In this document: one piece after another, positions 44,221 to 56,540 of the stretch
Numbering within the stretch: position 1 is the stretch's first letter
How the letters are laid out: every line of letters starts with the position of its first letter
Source: Tubiluchus corallicola
Taxonomy: Eukaryota; Animalia; Priapulida
DNA length: 64,000 bases
Direction of reading: 5' to 3'
Assembly: GCA_030141605.1 (NCBI GenBank)
Contig: JAQGDQ010000002.1
Location: 868,001-932,000, forward strand
Position numbers and translations under genes: made by a program
Notes under the pieces: generated by a model
Database searches by the model: none
Seen by the model: only the letters and a program-made list of their open reading frames with translations
What the model was told of the DNA's origin: nothing

Positions 44221-44899
44221 CAAGGATGTCACCGAAACGAAAATTTCGTTTCGGTTTGCCAATAATCACACTCTCGGTGCAGTTTCACTTGTGGAAAATT
44301 ATTAAGTTTTGTAGCCGAAACTTTCGATAATTTTTGGTACCATTTTTCCAAGATTTTAGTACTATTTATCCTAACCTTTTATCTCCTAGATGTTAAAAAT
44401 CGCTGAAAACTTTTGGCTAAAATAGTTCAAATAATCTCTAAATATCGTTTATTTTACCTTTTGCACCATTTGTAGCATGCCTTTTACCTCAATGAGGCAT
44501 ACCTTACCTGTTGACGACTGTGAAGCATTAAGGTATCCAGGCACAATCAACCGAAATATTAAAGTGTTATTTGAATAAAACCAAGTTTATTTGATAATTT
44601 ATGAAATATAGGCAACAATGATTTACAAAATAATATTTGTCAATTTTTTGAAGCATCATGATCCCTAACCATAAACATTGTTCTACATTTTTGGTTAAGA
44701 TTTTACCCTTAGCTACTTCATGAAACTTGTATCAGAGCAAATAAAAGCAAAGAAGCAAGAACAAAGTATTTTATAAATCTTTTTCAGTTCTGGTAGTAGT
44801 CTGTCTTGCAAAAATGATTTCAGTTCGGTTTCATTTCGGTATCGGTTTCCTATGTTTCGCAAGTTCCGGTTTTTAATTTCAGTTTTGGTAACGTCCCTG
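44221..44899. mobile_element. Older hAT-type MITE
   Basis: Degenerate TIRs CAAGGATGTCACCGAAAC / GTTTTGGTAACGTCCCTG; 8-bp TSD GTTTATAG vs CCTTATAG (6/8); subterminal TTTCGGT repeats. Confidence 0.7.
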
Positions 44900-45183
44900 C
44901 CTTATAGGCAGCCAGGTCAGAATAGCAAACCTAACAGTCCATTCCCCATAAACATTTACATAACCAGACACACCCATCCAGGGCATATCTACCAATATGC
45001 TAACTAGGCTATATACTAGGGTTCCAAATTTTTATCACCAGATTTTTGGAGCCCAGTGTTAAAAAGTTCTTTATGCAGCTTCAAAAATAGGTATCTTTCC
45101 ATATTCAAGTAACACATCAGAAGTCGTTAGTCCCCGCTTTACACGACATATAACAAATAAGTAGAATTATTTCATAAAAAGTA

Positions 45184-46151
45184 CTGTTGGGAGCCGTTTG
45201 GACCACTGCGCCAAGTAGACCACTTGATGCGCTAAAAGTAGTGTCCTACATGGGCAGCCCAAGTAGGACACTAGCGAGCTTTGTCGAGAAATTTGCTCTG
45301 GCAAAACTTGTTTCCAGTTTATATTACCATTGTTTATAAGTATTGTTATGACATAATAAAGCATAAAACAAAATTTCTTTTAGAAATGGATATTCCTTGG
45401 CAATTTACAAATGCATTTCTTACAATAATTTCATCATTATGATTAACTCCATTAATATATCATAACATTAAACCTAGTATCTAATGCTTTAAAGAGAGAA
45501 ATTCTGCACACAGTTATTACAGAAATAATTGCAAATTTAAAAATGAGACAGATGCTGCTAAGCCTTCACAACACCAAAAAGTAATTTTTAACATTTAAGA
45601 AAAGCAAGGATAATTAGTTTTAATATTATCAGTAGTATTGTAACATGTAGGGCACTGTCCTACATGGCTCGCTAGCCCATGTAGGACACATAGATCGCTA
45701 GAACGTTTACTTATAAGAAAACAATTATTTGCCCAAGAGGTAGTGAAACGGATCACCTGTTTGTGAAGTGAGACAAAATCAAAAATGATATACCTTAAAC
45801 AAATGTTGAATTCGCAAAAAAGTGAGGTTTTTTCACTTCAACAACATTAATATCGAAACCAAATTTAATATTGTCCGTTCTACCAGCTCAGAATAAAATT
45901 CTTTTATTTTATTAGATGTATAATAAATTATTCAACGTGTATTAACGTTTTTAATTATTATTATTACATAAACAAGCACAACGGACGGTGTCAGTACACT
46001 TAACGACTGAATTCACGACCTGTCTCTAGTGTCCTACTTGGGCTAGCCCAAGTAGACCAATTGGTAGCCCATGTAGACCGCGGTCTACTTAGGCTAGCCC
46101 AAGTAGACCAATTGGTCTACTTGGCGCAGTGGTCCAAACGGCTCCCAACAG
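45184..46151. mobile_element. MITE with perfect 39-bp TIRs and TA TSD (Tc1/mariner-type)
   Basis: CTGTTGGGAGCCGTTTGGACCACTGCGCCAAGTAGACCA at 45184-45222 and its exact reverse complement at 46113-46151; TA on both flanks; internal palindromic repeats. Confidence 0.9.
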
Positions 46152-46337
46152 TACTACACCACAAGCAGTTGCACAATTGTAACCTACAGCCGGTAATTAT
46201 TATCGGCTTGAAATTAAAGGTAAAATTACAACTTCCATATTTCTTCGGAATACTTTCGTGCGTCTTGTCAAAAACTAAATTATAGTGCCCGTAGTATTAG
46301 TGAGCCGCACAACTAAACAAACGTAAAAATAAAATAC

Positions 46338-46720
46338 CTAGTTGTAGCTAAGTAAAGTAAAGCAGGGTGAAACAAATTCATAACATGACAATTCTAGCTT
46401 TGCTTTTTACAGCCATTTTTCTTACGCGATGGTGAGCAAAACTTGTTAAACAGATAAAATGCGTATGTTATTTAAATAAAATAAGAACGATGATAATTAA
46501 TGACAAAACATCAGCAATACAACTTCAACAATAACAGAAATCCTCAATTATCCTTGAGTCGACTCACGTCAGTCGCTATTTATGAGATTTCTATTACCTT
46601 TCACGCCCATTTTGTTTTGATAAAGTTACAAATTAAAAGCGTTATCTCTAAATTAGAGACATACGAAATAGGTGGCATTTTATGGACACTCAGGCATGTG
46701 ATCCAGGAGATATTGGACAG
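46338..46720. promoter_or_regulatory. Candidate bidirectional promoter and non-coding first exons of CPT1 (minus) and RAB3IP (plus)
   Basis: YY1-like GCCATTTT (~46412) and CCCATTTT (~46606) flank a TGAGTCGACTCA palindrome with CACGTCA (46555-46571). Minus-strand donor AG/GTATTT at 46337; plus-strand AG/GTTAAC at 46721. Both genes need an upstream non-coding exon. Confidence 0.3.
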
Positions 46721-49700
46721 GTTAACATAAAGTTGGAGTATTATAAGAACAATTAAGCTACTTATGTGTGAAATGCATGAACTTCGGTGTTATCATTACA
46801 AATTAAATTTATCCTATCGTAGAATGTGTTTCGAACTCCCAGTCGCGAATTTGTGCATTATTTTTTTTAAACTGTTAAACTATTTGAAGAGTTCAACATC
46901 ATTGAAATTTAAACATCCAGAATGAATTAATTAGGAAGTTAGAATTATTGATTAGGAATTAGATGTCTACGAACTCTAGCAACATGCAGTTAGAGTACAC
47001 TTTATTGTGCTAGCTAGCTCATCTAATACAAGCATTCGAAAATATAATGAAAATTGACAGTATGCTCAGCCTCGGGGATGCTTTTCTTAACTCCAAAGGT
47101 GACAGTTATTTAGATTATTTAGATTATATAATTATTTAGATTAACTGTGTAAAATCTTAAATTCAAAATTATTTATTATTGATTAACAATGGAATCAATT
47201 TACAATTACTTCAATTTTACTTGATTACCTTGAAATCAAACTTGGTTGAAAAAAACGAGTGTGCATCAAAACCGAATCTGGATTTAGCAAATGGTATTTG
47301 TCTCTACAGTGCATGCTGATCGATGGCTGTTCATACAAGTTTGATTAAAGTTGAAACCATTGTATGGGTTCAAGTGCAATAGTCCTGCATTTTATTCTAG
47401 TCTTGCTTTAAATGACACCATTTGGTTGGAATTGTTGTCAAAAATTTCAAGCCACCTCCACGTGGCCACGCCATGACACATGTCTTCCTATTGCAACAAT
47501 CCTAACCAGTAGCCCAGCATCGAGACGTGTTTCCATTAAATGAAGTGATGCCCCAAAAACAGGACTCTAGACTTACTAAGTGTGCTCGTCGGTCCGAATG
47601 GTTCAACCTAGGTCTATGCTCCCAAACACCGAGATTCATATTTGACAAGTTTTCCTTTCAATGATGCAATTAAATAAAATCTGTAAAATTTTGAACGACA
47701 CTAATTGTGATGATAATTTACACGTCGCAAATAAACAAACTATCATTTAAACAATGGGTACACAAACCATATTCAAGACTGCACTTTTTGTCATCAGATT
47801 AGTTAGTTAGCAAGGCACTTAAGCTAGCCAATTAGTCAGGCAGTCAGTTCATTATTCTGACACAGTAATAGCTTACATTTCCTGTGAAATTGTATGAACA
47901 TTAGCATATCTGTGGAATCATAGACTTGCACATTTTAAAAATATGTAAAAAATCTACTTTTTAATTATTTTTACATGTTGTTGCAAAAAATTGCCCCACA
48001 TATCACACAATATTTAATTACACGTAGAGAAATGTTGAGTTGGATGCGAAAGCAAATGCATGTTAATTAAATATTTCCCAATATTGAACACAGATATTGA
48101 ATATGAACTGGAAATTCTTAAACAAATTTCCACATACATTTATACATTTCTTGATAAAATCTTTCTCTATATATGCGGAAGAAAATGAAAAATAACATTT
48201 TTATCAGAAGATCCGTTTTGCTTGTCAGCCAATTTGTCTGTCTCTCAATCAATCTAGCTTGACATTCTTGGCGTTATTGTCAGTGTGGCATTCTTGGTGA
48301 CTTGGCTCTAATACAAAAAGGATTTAGACATACTTATTATACTGTGCACATTGGTCATCCGCCGTAATGACCAAAGGAGCAACATAGTGATTGTCAGCGC
48401 TATGTGACTCCTGGCTAGCTAGGCTTTTGGCACAGAAAATTATTATATATATAGATCTACGAAGGAAGCCTCATTCAGCTAATTATGTGACAAAGTGCAT
48501 GACGCCAGTTATTTATTATATTATATACTATAGACTTAAATGACAGTTACTTGGGTAATTGATTACGATACAAATTTAACAGTACGCTTACATTCAAGAA
48601 CTAGTTAGACCCATGCAAACAGCGTTTTAAAAACACTTTAACTCGAGATATGCCATAATGGCGTTGTTCTCTACAGTGGGCCCGTTGGCAAAATAAATAA
48701 AATTCTTTAAAGTAAACTTTTGCTTCAACTTCGGCCATCGCTTATTGTTAGCGGATGACGAATTAACAATAATAGGTTTATTGGATGCTTCGACTGGGTT
48801 AATTAAAATTTAAACGATAATGTAACGGCTTCGGGTAAAGTTAAATAGGCTAATCCACTATCAAGGTACTGAAGAAGTAGGGTAGTGCTTGCATTTCTTG
48901 CTATTGTAACTTGTTTCAAAATCGGTGTTTAAAAATAATTCGTGGACCCGATACAAGTGCTTCGTCAATTTCACACCTTATACCGCAACAATTGGGAAAG
49001 GGTAAAAAGCACTTTACTATTGTCACTGTTTTTCCTGATTTGCCAACAGACAGAAAAACTGTTTGAATGCTTGATTGCGAGTTAGCACTTTCGTCAGTTA
49101 AATAAAGGATAAGGATATTAGTATCAACAGACGAACAAAAAAATGTGTGAAACTCGAATAACAGACGAGCAAAAATTTGTTTAGCTAAGAATTATTTTAT
49201 TACAACAGTATTACATATATTTAATTGCATGTAACACCTTAATGAATGTTTTTTTATTTCTCAGTAATAATTATGTCATGACTGATACTGCTAAAAAAGT
49301 GCTATTATGTATTAATAATAATAATAATATGTATGATACTAACAACATTGTACTTATATAGGCTTATTTCCAGCAAACATTACAATAAAATGATATTTTC
49401 AGCACTATTGAAAAACAACTTGTTACATTTACCTGTAGGATGATAATCTTTCAAGATTTTTGAAACTCTAGGCAGCTATAAAAAAATTATGCTGCTAAAC
49501 AGCTAAAGATGTAAAACTGTTTCTTGCCTTTGGAAACTGCTGCACAGTGGCACAAAAATAGGAACTTTTAACTTAGTACCAGCATAATGTGATCGGCACC
49601 TCTTGGTTTAAACAGTATTTTATTAGCAAACAAATCTGGTATGCAACATACATAAATTTGTCATATATTGATATGTGTGCTTGCATATATATATATATAT

Positions 49701-49756
49701 GCAAACACACACACACACATATATTTATATAAATACATATATGCGTTTTTGCTAGG

Positions 49757-50393
49757 AAAATCGCCCATAAGTCGGCAATTAGGCTTTTCTAGTTATTCAC
49801 ATATCCCTGAATCTCAATTTCATGAGGATTATTTTGATACCAAGCTCATCGCTCTATGTTATTTCTAAGCTGAGATAATCCACGTTGAAGTTGAAGTTTA
49901 CGCTATATACTGAAAAATGTAATCTTGAGAAAAACAGTGTTAAAGTCAGCCATTGTTTCTTGTTACATTTCTACAAAAACAGTTAGCAACTGTACGAAAG
50001 TGTGGTTACTATGGGCTCAAGAGCAAATTGAAGTTACGTTTAAATTCAGTAGATGGTTCTTCCTGGCGAAGATCTGGTCTTGTCAACAGAAAAAACCCGA
50101 AGTAAAATGGCTGCTTCCAGGAGCTACATTCGGAATATACGTTCATAATACAAGTTTTTTTACAATTGCAGTACTAGTTTCTAGACAGAAAAGTGGATAA
50201 GGAATTATAAAATTAGATTTTTAGTATTTTTTGGACATTTTCCTGATGATTTGACGCTAGAATATAAAAGTCTGATATCTTTACCATTTGTTTTCATAAA
50301 AAATAAAAAATCAGCATTTGACCAAATTTTTGATGCTTTCTACTTTGAAGCATCGTAACGTAGTTTTAACTATGCCGACTTACATACGGTTTT
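49757..50393. mobile_element. Degenerate MITE-like element flanked by (TA)n/(CA)n
   Basis: Imperfect inverted repeat AAAATCGCCCATAAGTCGGCA vs TGCCGACTTACATACGGTTTT; exact ends and TSD unclear. Confidence 0.4.
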
Positions 50394-50945
50394 GGTTTGG
50401 AAGCACATACACACACACATATATATATATATATATGTGTGCACAAGCTTAGGTCAAAATTAATAAGTTATTATGTGTAATTTTTGGACATGCATATATA
50501 AATGATGCCCAAAAATTATATGTAGGTAAAAATAAATTGATGCATGTTATTTTAGCCCAAGCCTGTGTTTACGTATGGACGATAACAGTATTTTAACAGT
50601 AGGAACTCTATGTTTTATGCATGTGTATATGTATATAAACATACACACACACACATATATATATTAGTGTTTAATATATGTGTATGTATATATACACTTG
50701 TTGAGTAGTTTGTGTGAGGCAAAGATAAAAATTGCATTAAAATCATCCACTGAAACATCAAAAAATTTCACTGAGCTCATTTTTTGGCAAGGGCTTTCTA
50801 TAAACATATTTGCCTGTTTGCATCTCAATTACATGCTCAATGTCAAAAACTGTAATTTTTATAGGTGTCATTGTTGCTGCTATAATGCGTCACTGACTGG
50901 ATTGCTATACCACGACAAATCGATCAAATAACTTTTTCATTCTCC

Positions 50946-53900
50946 ATGGCAGACCATACTTATTTGCATGCTAAACTCCAGGATGATTTAAAAAAGGCGC
51001 ATGAGGTACATGCTGAATGCATTTCATTTGTTTTTACATGTAAAAATTGTGAATGTGTGCACAGTAGGGATGGCAGGAAGCTCTGATAGAACCGGAGCTT
51101 CGAAACCAAATCCGAATCGGAGCTTTGATCCGATTTGACTCGCTGACGTTCTAAGTTACCTTAGATCTGACCGGATTTGGCAAAGACTTCTGAAAAAAAA
51201 TCCAGTTTAGCTTTGGCTACAGAGGCAATTTGGTAGCGCTTTATTAGAAAAGCATTATACACTCAATTACCTTTAAAATTTTTGGCAAATCCTGAAGTCG
51301 CTTCCTTTTTTGATAATTTCGCCCTACTTGAAATACTTTGACATCACCATATTCAGTTTCAGCATGTGTCGAACTCATGAAATGCTAAGATTTCTTGTAT
51401 TACTTTGACAGAACGTGGTTTCGCGTTCAATGCAAAATGTGGCTTAAACGGCCATGGTTTTTTTTGTCATCCACATTTCACCGTTTCATGGAATGTAGGT
51501 GAAGGCATCCCAAGGCATTTTTTGAGTAATAGATGATTTTATGTTGATAGTCATCGGGAGAAAAAAATCTGTCACAAAATAATTAGATCATCTATAGTCT
51601 TTATTATTGCAAAATTACTGCCATCTGTGCTTCTGTGATGGGTCATCTGTAATCTTCGTGAAAAACACTGCTGTCTTTCCAATCTGCTATAATTTTGCTG
51701 AAAACTCATAGATGTGAAAAAGATTATGGTTGAAAGAACAGTCTGAAAAATTGAGATTCGCATTCGATCTGGATGCGAAAATTATTTTAAACTGAGATTC
51801 GAATTCAATCTGGATTCGAAAATTATTATGAAAATGAGAATCGGTGTAGATTCGGATTCGTGACATCCCTAGTGCACAGGAAAATTCATCATAAGTAGTG
51901 GTACCTAATTTTATTGCTGTGTAAACATCCCAGTATAGAAGGTGTGTGCTACTTTTTCTGTCAATTGATTATGTTGTTATTTGGTCTTATCAGGCCTGTC
52001 CTCTTGTGCTGACAGATAAAGTATGGTGAAATCTAAGTAGATATACTAGAAATCGATATTTATATCAATGGTCATGACTTTATAGGAACTGAAGGAAAAA
52101 CAGCAGGAAGTCTTAAACTTGTCAAAAGTTCGCGACAGAGTAGGTGTTGAGCTGGAGGAATTAACTGCATGTTTATTCACAGTAAGTAGTCATGTACATA
52201 CGTAGATATATATACAGTAAACTCGATTATACAGTTATATATATGCATAAACTCGACCCATTGTAACTCGAATAATAGCTTGAACAGATCTAGTGAACAG
52301 ATTTTCTATTTCATTTTTATCTTTACCAACATTGCGTAACTAAACCGAATTCCTGATACAATTTATAAGAATCTAACTAAAATTACCCTACCTCACTTGA
52401 ACAACCTCCCAAGCGAGAAATCCTACGCGAAAGTGTGCAGTGTGCACCACATTACAATTTTAACTGCTAGTTTCAATATGGAAAAATGCTAAGGTTTCTT
52501 GTATTACTTTGACATGCTGTACACAACATGGCTTAATGAATATGGTCTAGTAACTAGATCACAATATTATTTTTGCCGAATACTATTAACCATGCTGTTC
52601 AGACTACAATAGAGGTGGATTAGTCATTTTGTTTTTGATTATTCATAAAAACTGTTGTTTGGTATCTGATTAAAGGCTCACTTTGTCATTTTCACAGGTT
52701 GTAGTGTACTGTCCGACTTTGATGAGTGACTCAATCTTGTTTTCTTACAAACGTTGTCTAACTTGTACTCTCACATAACTCAAACAAATTTTACTGTCTC
52801 GAAGTGTTCGAGTTTTAACTATCGTAGTTTATTGTATATATAAACTTTTATTTATCATAATGATGTTTTGTTTAATTTAATTTGACACAGTAATTGCTGA
52901 ATGAAATCCTTCTATTTGGCCTAACTGGCTACATAAGGTCCAGCTTATTTGATATCTTTTGAAAATTTGACACCAGTTGATTTATTTACATATTAAGGTT
53001 TTGTAAATTCTTGCAGTGTGCCACCAAAAGATGTAATGTACAGTCATTGCAGTTATATTGAAATGGATAGGAATATAGAACATTGCCTAAACTTTGCCAC
53101 CATTTTGTTTTAATGGCAAATTTAAATGTAAATTCCCAATATTAAATTTGCGCTACGGGTGTTGGTTTTGTTTTTTCTATGTTAAATATTTTAATTTAAG
53201 TACTATTTATTCAGGAAGCACACAAAATGGTCAAAGACGCAAATGAAGAAAAAGCGGCTGCCGAAAAGCGAGAGAAAGAATCACAATGTCGGGTAATGAA
53301 TCTGGTCTTAACATTTTTATGCCTGATATTGACTTAACAAGGATGTGATGTGATCCTAACTGCTTTATGCTAGTTAATGACCCAGTTGACTGCTCCCTTT
53401 ATTGCCAGTCAGCTTACAGCTTTGGTTGCTAGCTTTTTTGGCTGGGATAAAATATGTCTTCAAGAAATGAAAGACTTCGAACTTGTTTTAAAGCCGTCAT
53501 TTTTGCCAGATCAATTAATTCCAGAGGTTTAGTTAAATTCTAGTTCCTTTTTAGTTTGGCTAATTAAAAAGTCCAAAGGGATTTTTCAGCTGCGTTCTGG
53601 AGGTAGAAATTGATGCTGTCTCAGTTGTTGACAGTTTGAGTAAACTGCAATTATTTTTGCAAGTAAAACTTAGTATTTGGCTTTTATAGATGAATAAACG
53701 CTAGAAAATATTTGTGTACAAAAACATTGACTAAATATTAAGAGTGCCAAATTTGGTTCACTTAGGTGTCTTACAGAAGTAAGTAGCTTGCAATAAAAGA
53801 ACAATGGTCGAGTGACACATCAAGTGCACCAAACAAACCAAATCTTTTCGTACATTATTAGGTTATTAAGGTTTTATATCTAAAATTCAGAATAAGCAAA

Positions 53901-56540
53901 GTAAGCTATCTCATTTTTATAGCAAAAGTTATTACTTACCTATACAATTGAATATATTCTGTAAAGTGTATGTAAAGTTAATGATTAAAACAGCCAAGTA
54001 TTTTTTAACACCACTGTATTATTTTGGTATTCATCAGTTGGAAATTGTTTCGTCATACATTTACTAAGCTGTTCTGGGGTTTCTATACCTGGAATCTGGA
54101 ACCATCCTGTTACTGCTAAGAACACTAGCATTTTCAGCATGCCACAAATGTAAGTGTCATTCTAGGAACACAATCCATAGTGTCACCCCTCTGTTGGCTA
54201 ACCAGGCCCAGGTTTGCATAGCTTTGTTCGAGAATTATTATTCTTGCACACATTTGTATCATATAGCCCAATCATATTCTTGTAAATATGATTTCATTAC
54301 TGACGTATGCCAGCTTCTTTTTCTAGTATTGAAGGAAAACATGTTTTTGTTTTTTTGTTCTGAAATTATGATTTTTGCATAGATCGAGGCATTGGAAGTG
54401 GAAGTGGCAGCATTAAAAAAATTACTTACTGCCAATGCAGTGTTACCAAAACCCGATTCTGGACAATTTAGTGCAATGCAGAAACTTCTGAAGAGTACCA
54501 AAGGTCATAAACGTTCTGGAAGCCACAGTGATGTGATGGGAAAGAAAAGCGAATTGAACAGTACGTCTTTGTTTAGCGAAAACAATCCTGTCGATACTGA
54601 AGGGTTTGAGGTATTTGGTTTAGATGCTCTAAGTTGCATTAATTTTTAGTGTCAATTTTCTTACTTTAAACTTGAAGAAAATGTTTTGATACTAGTTACT
54701 GAACTGAAGCAATTTTGAGTATGTGCTGCATTAATTACTTAATTTCTGCATTATGTTGCGAAACATGTGATAATTCGGTACTCATTTTGATAGTTCAGTT
54801 TCTATAGTATTTTTTAGGGGAACACTGTTTTGAATTTGTGCTGAAGTATTGAAGTTGTTTAGCTAATATATGTGTTACCAGTTTTTTCCCGAAGTGTGCA
54901 TTTAATGGCAAACAAATCATGATATATTAGATTTTGTTTGTGTCATTTGGAGCTTGAAGTTTATCTCTTTAACAATATTTCTTGTCGTAACCATAGCCAT
55001 TATTTAATGAATATTCACACTGATTGTTCACTTTTTGTGTAGATTGATCCTGTGCTGTATGATGAATTTCGCTTCTGGCGTGCTGTGCCATCAATTGAAG
55101 CTCCAACCAGCAATTTTTTGTCTCGAATTTACGATGAAGAAATAACACCTTGCCTTACTTATAAAAATACTCAGGTGAGGGCAAGAACACTCTTGATTTA
55201 TGTAGTAATAAATTAAACAAAGTCTTCATTTTATTGACTATAACTATTGAACAATCCTAATTTCTGCTTTTGATTACTGAAAATTCTCAGGAAATAATTG
55301 TCATGATCATAGTTTTTCTACAGCCCATTTAATTAAAAAAATAATTCAGATGTTTTTGCGATGTCACACCATCAGGAGTTTAAGGTATCAATACTGAATA
55401 GTTATGGACTTACAGTTAAGGTATGTAGCAGTTCATCATATCTAACCTATGGACGTTGATGATAACAATACGTATCGATAATTATTGGCATTATTCTAAA
55501 ACATTGTCATCATATCGAGTTTGGCACGTGTCGTTTCTTATCACTTACATTTATAAAATCGCTTCACTTTTTTATTTATTTACAGTCATTACGCCAAGAA
55601 GTGGATAAAAAGAATGATTTAAAATGATAAGGTTGTCAGGTGCCTAATTATAAGGTTGTAATAGGTTTATCTGTCGCAACTTACGTATTTATAAATCAAT
55701 ATGACAACAAACTTTTATAGCTAGCGGCCTGTAAATATACAGCACTGAATGCATTGAAGCACTTTTAGTTATTAATGATACTTTTCTGTTGTTGTACAAA
55801 TTGCTTAACCTCGGTATCATTTTTTATCATTTGAAATCATTTATCATATTGTATCACCTAAAAATAGTTTATCGTTATTGTATCATAGGAAAAATGTATC
55901 GTAGCACCAAATTTTTGTATTGTTGAATATCCCTAGTTCAGCCAGCTTTTTTTGCAAACTAAAATTACGCAGGTCGAATGCAGATAGATACGGTGTAACT
56001 GTAATTCAAAACACCTTATTTTGATGGACCACTTCTGAATCAGAACAAAGTTTTCTAGATTGTAAAGAAAGTCATTGGGACCACATTGTTTCCAGGAGTG
56101 GCACAAAAGTTGTCCAAAAAACCTGCAAACAATTTTTGAATTTAGCTGATTTTTGGCTTGCCATTGCTTCATTAAAGGCATAATTTAGTAGTAATTTTTA
56201 TTGATTTTAGTTATCTAAAGAACTTCAGCAATGTGTAGAAGATAACACTGTTACGTTAGAATCTGTCATTGGCAGATCTGATTGTGAGCAACACTGCACA
56301 CTCATGCAGACAAAGTCACCTTGTACGTATCGCATGAACTTGGGCGAATCTTCTGTTTGGTATCCGATTTCACGATTGGCACGTGACCGGATTGCATCCG
56401 TATGCGATTTCTTAACGTATGTTCGTTACGTGCAGAAAGGTTTGGTTAAACAAGAGGATAAGGTTGTGTTCTCTGAAATTGTTCGATTGCGCAGAAACAT
56501 GAGCTTAGCGAAGCTGGGATTTTTGAGCTGTTGCAATTGA
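50946..56540 (+). CDS. RAB3IP: RAB3A-interacting protein / Rabin8-like (Sec2-domain Rab GEF), 6 coding exons, 307 aa
   Basis: Exons 50946-51005, 52086-52181 (SKVRDRVGVELEELTACLF), 53215-53292 (EAHKMVKDAN), 54383-54610 (IEALEVEVAALKKL), 55043-55174 (FLSRIYDEEITPCL), 56211-56540 (ISRLARDRIASVCDFLTYVRYVQKGLVK...LRRNMSLAKLG). All GT-AG, phase 0, total 924 nt. Confidence 0.93.
51065..51871. mobile_element. hAT-type MITE in a RAB3IP intron
   Basis: TIRs TAGGGATGGCA / TGACATCCCTA; perfect 8-bp TSD GTGCACAG (51057-51064, 51872-51879); subterminal GATTCG repeats. Confidence 0.9.
52215..52834. mobile_element. pogo/Tigger-like MITE (TA TSD) in a RAB3IP intron
   Basis: TA|CAGTAAACTCGAT ... ATCGTAGTTTATTG|TA degenerate TIRs with subterminal AACTCGA/TCGAGTT repeats. 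Confidence 0.55.

Noticed and set aside
44501-44510. Strong minus-strand donor CAG/GTAAGG as the CPT1 first-exon donor
   Set aside because: Lies inside a MITE with no supporting promoter or acceptor; cannot be distinguished from a chance site.
46029-46125. Repeated palindromic units resembling a CRISPR-like array
   Set aside because: No unique spacers of regular length, eukaryotic context, and the units lie inside a TIR-bounded MITE.
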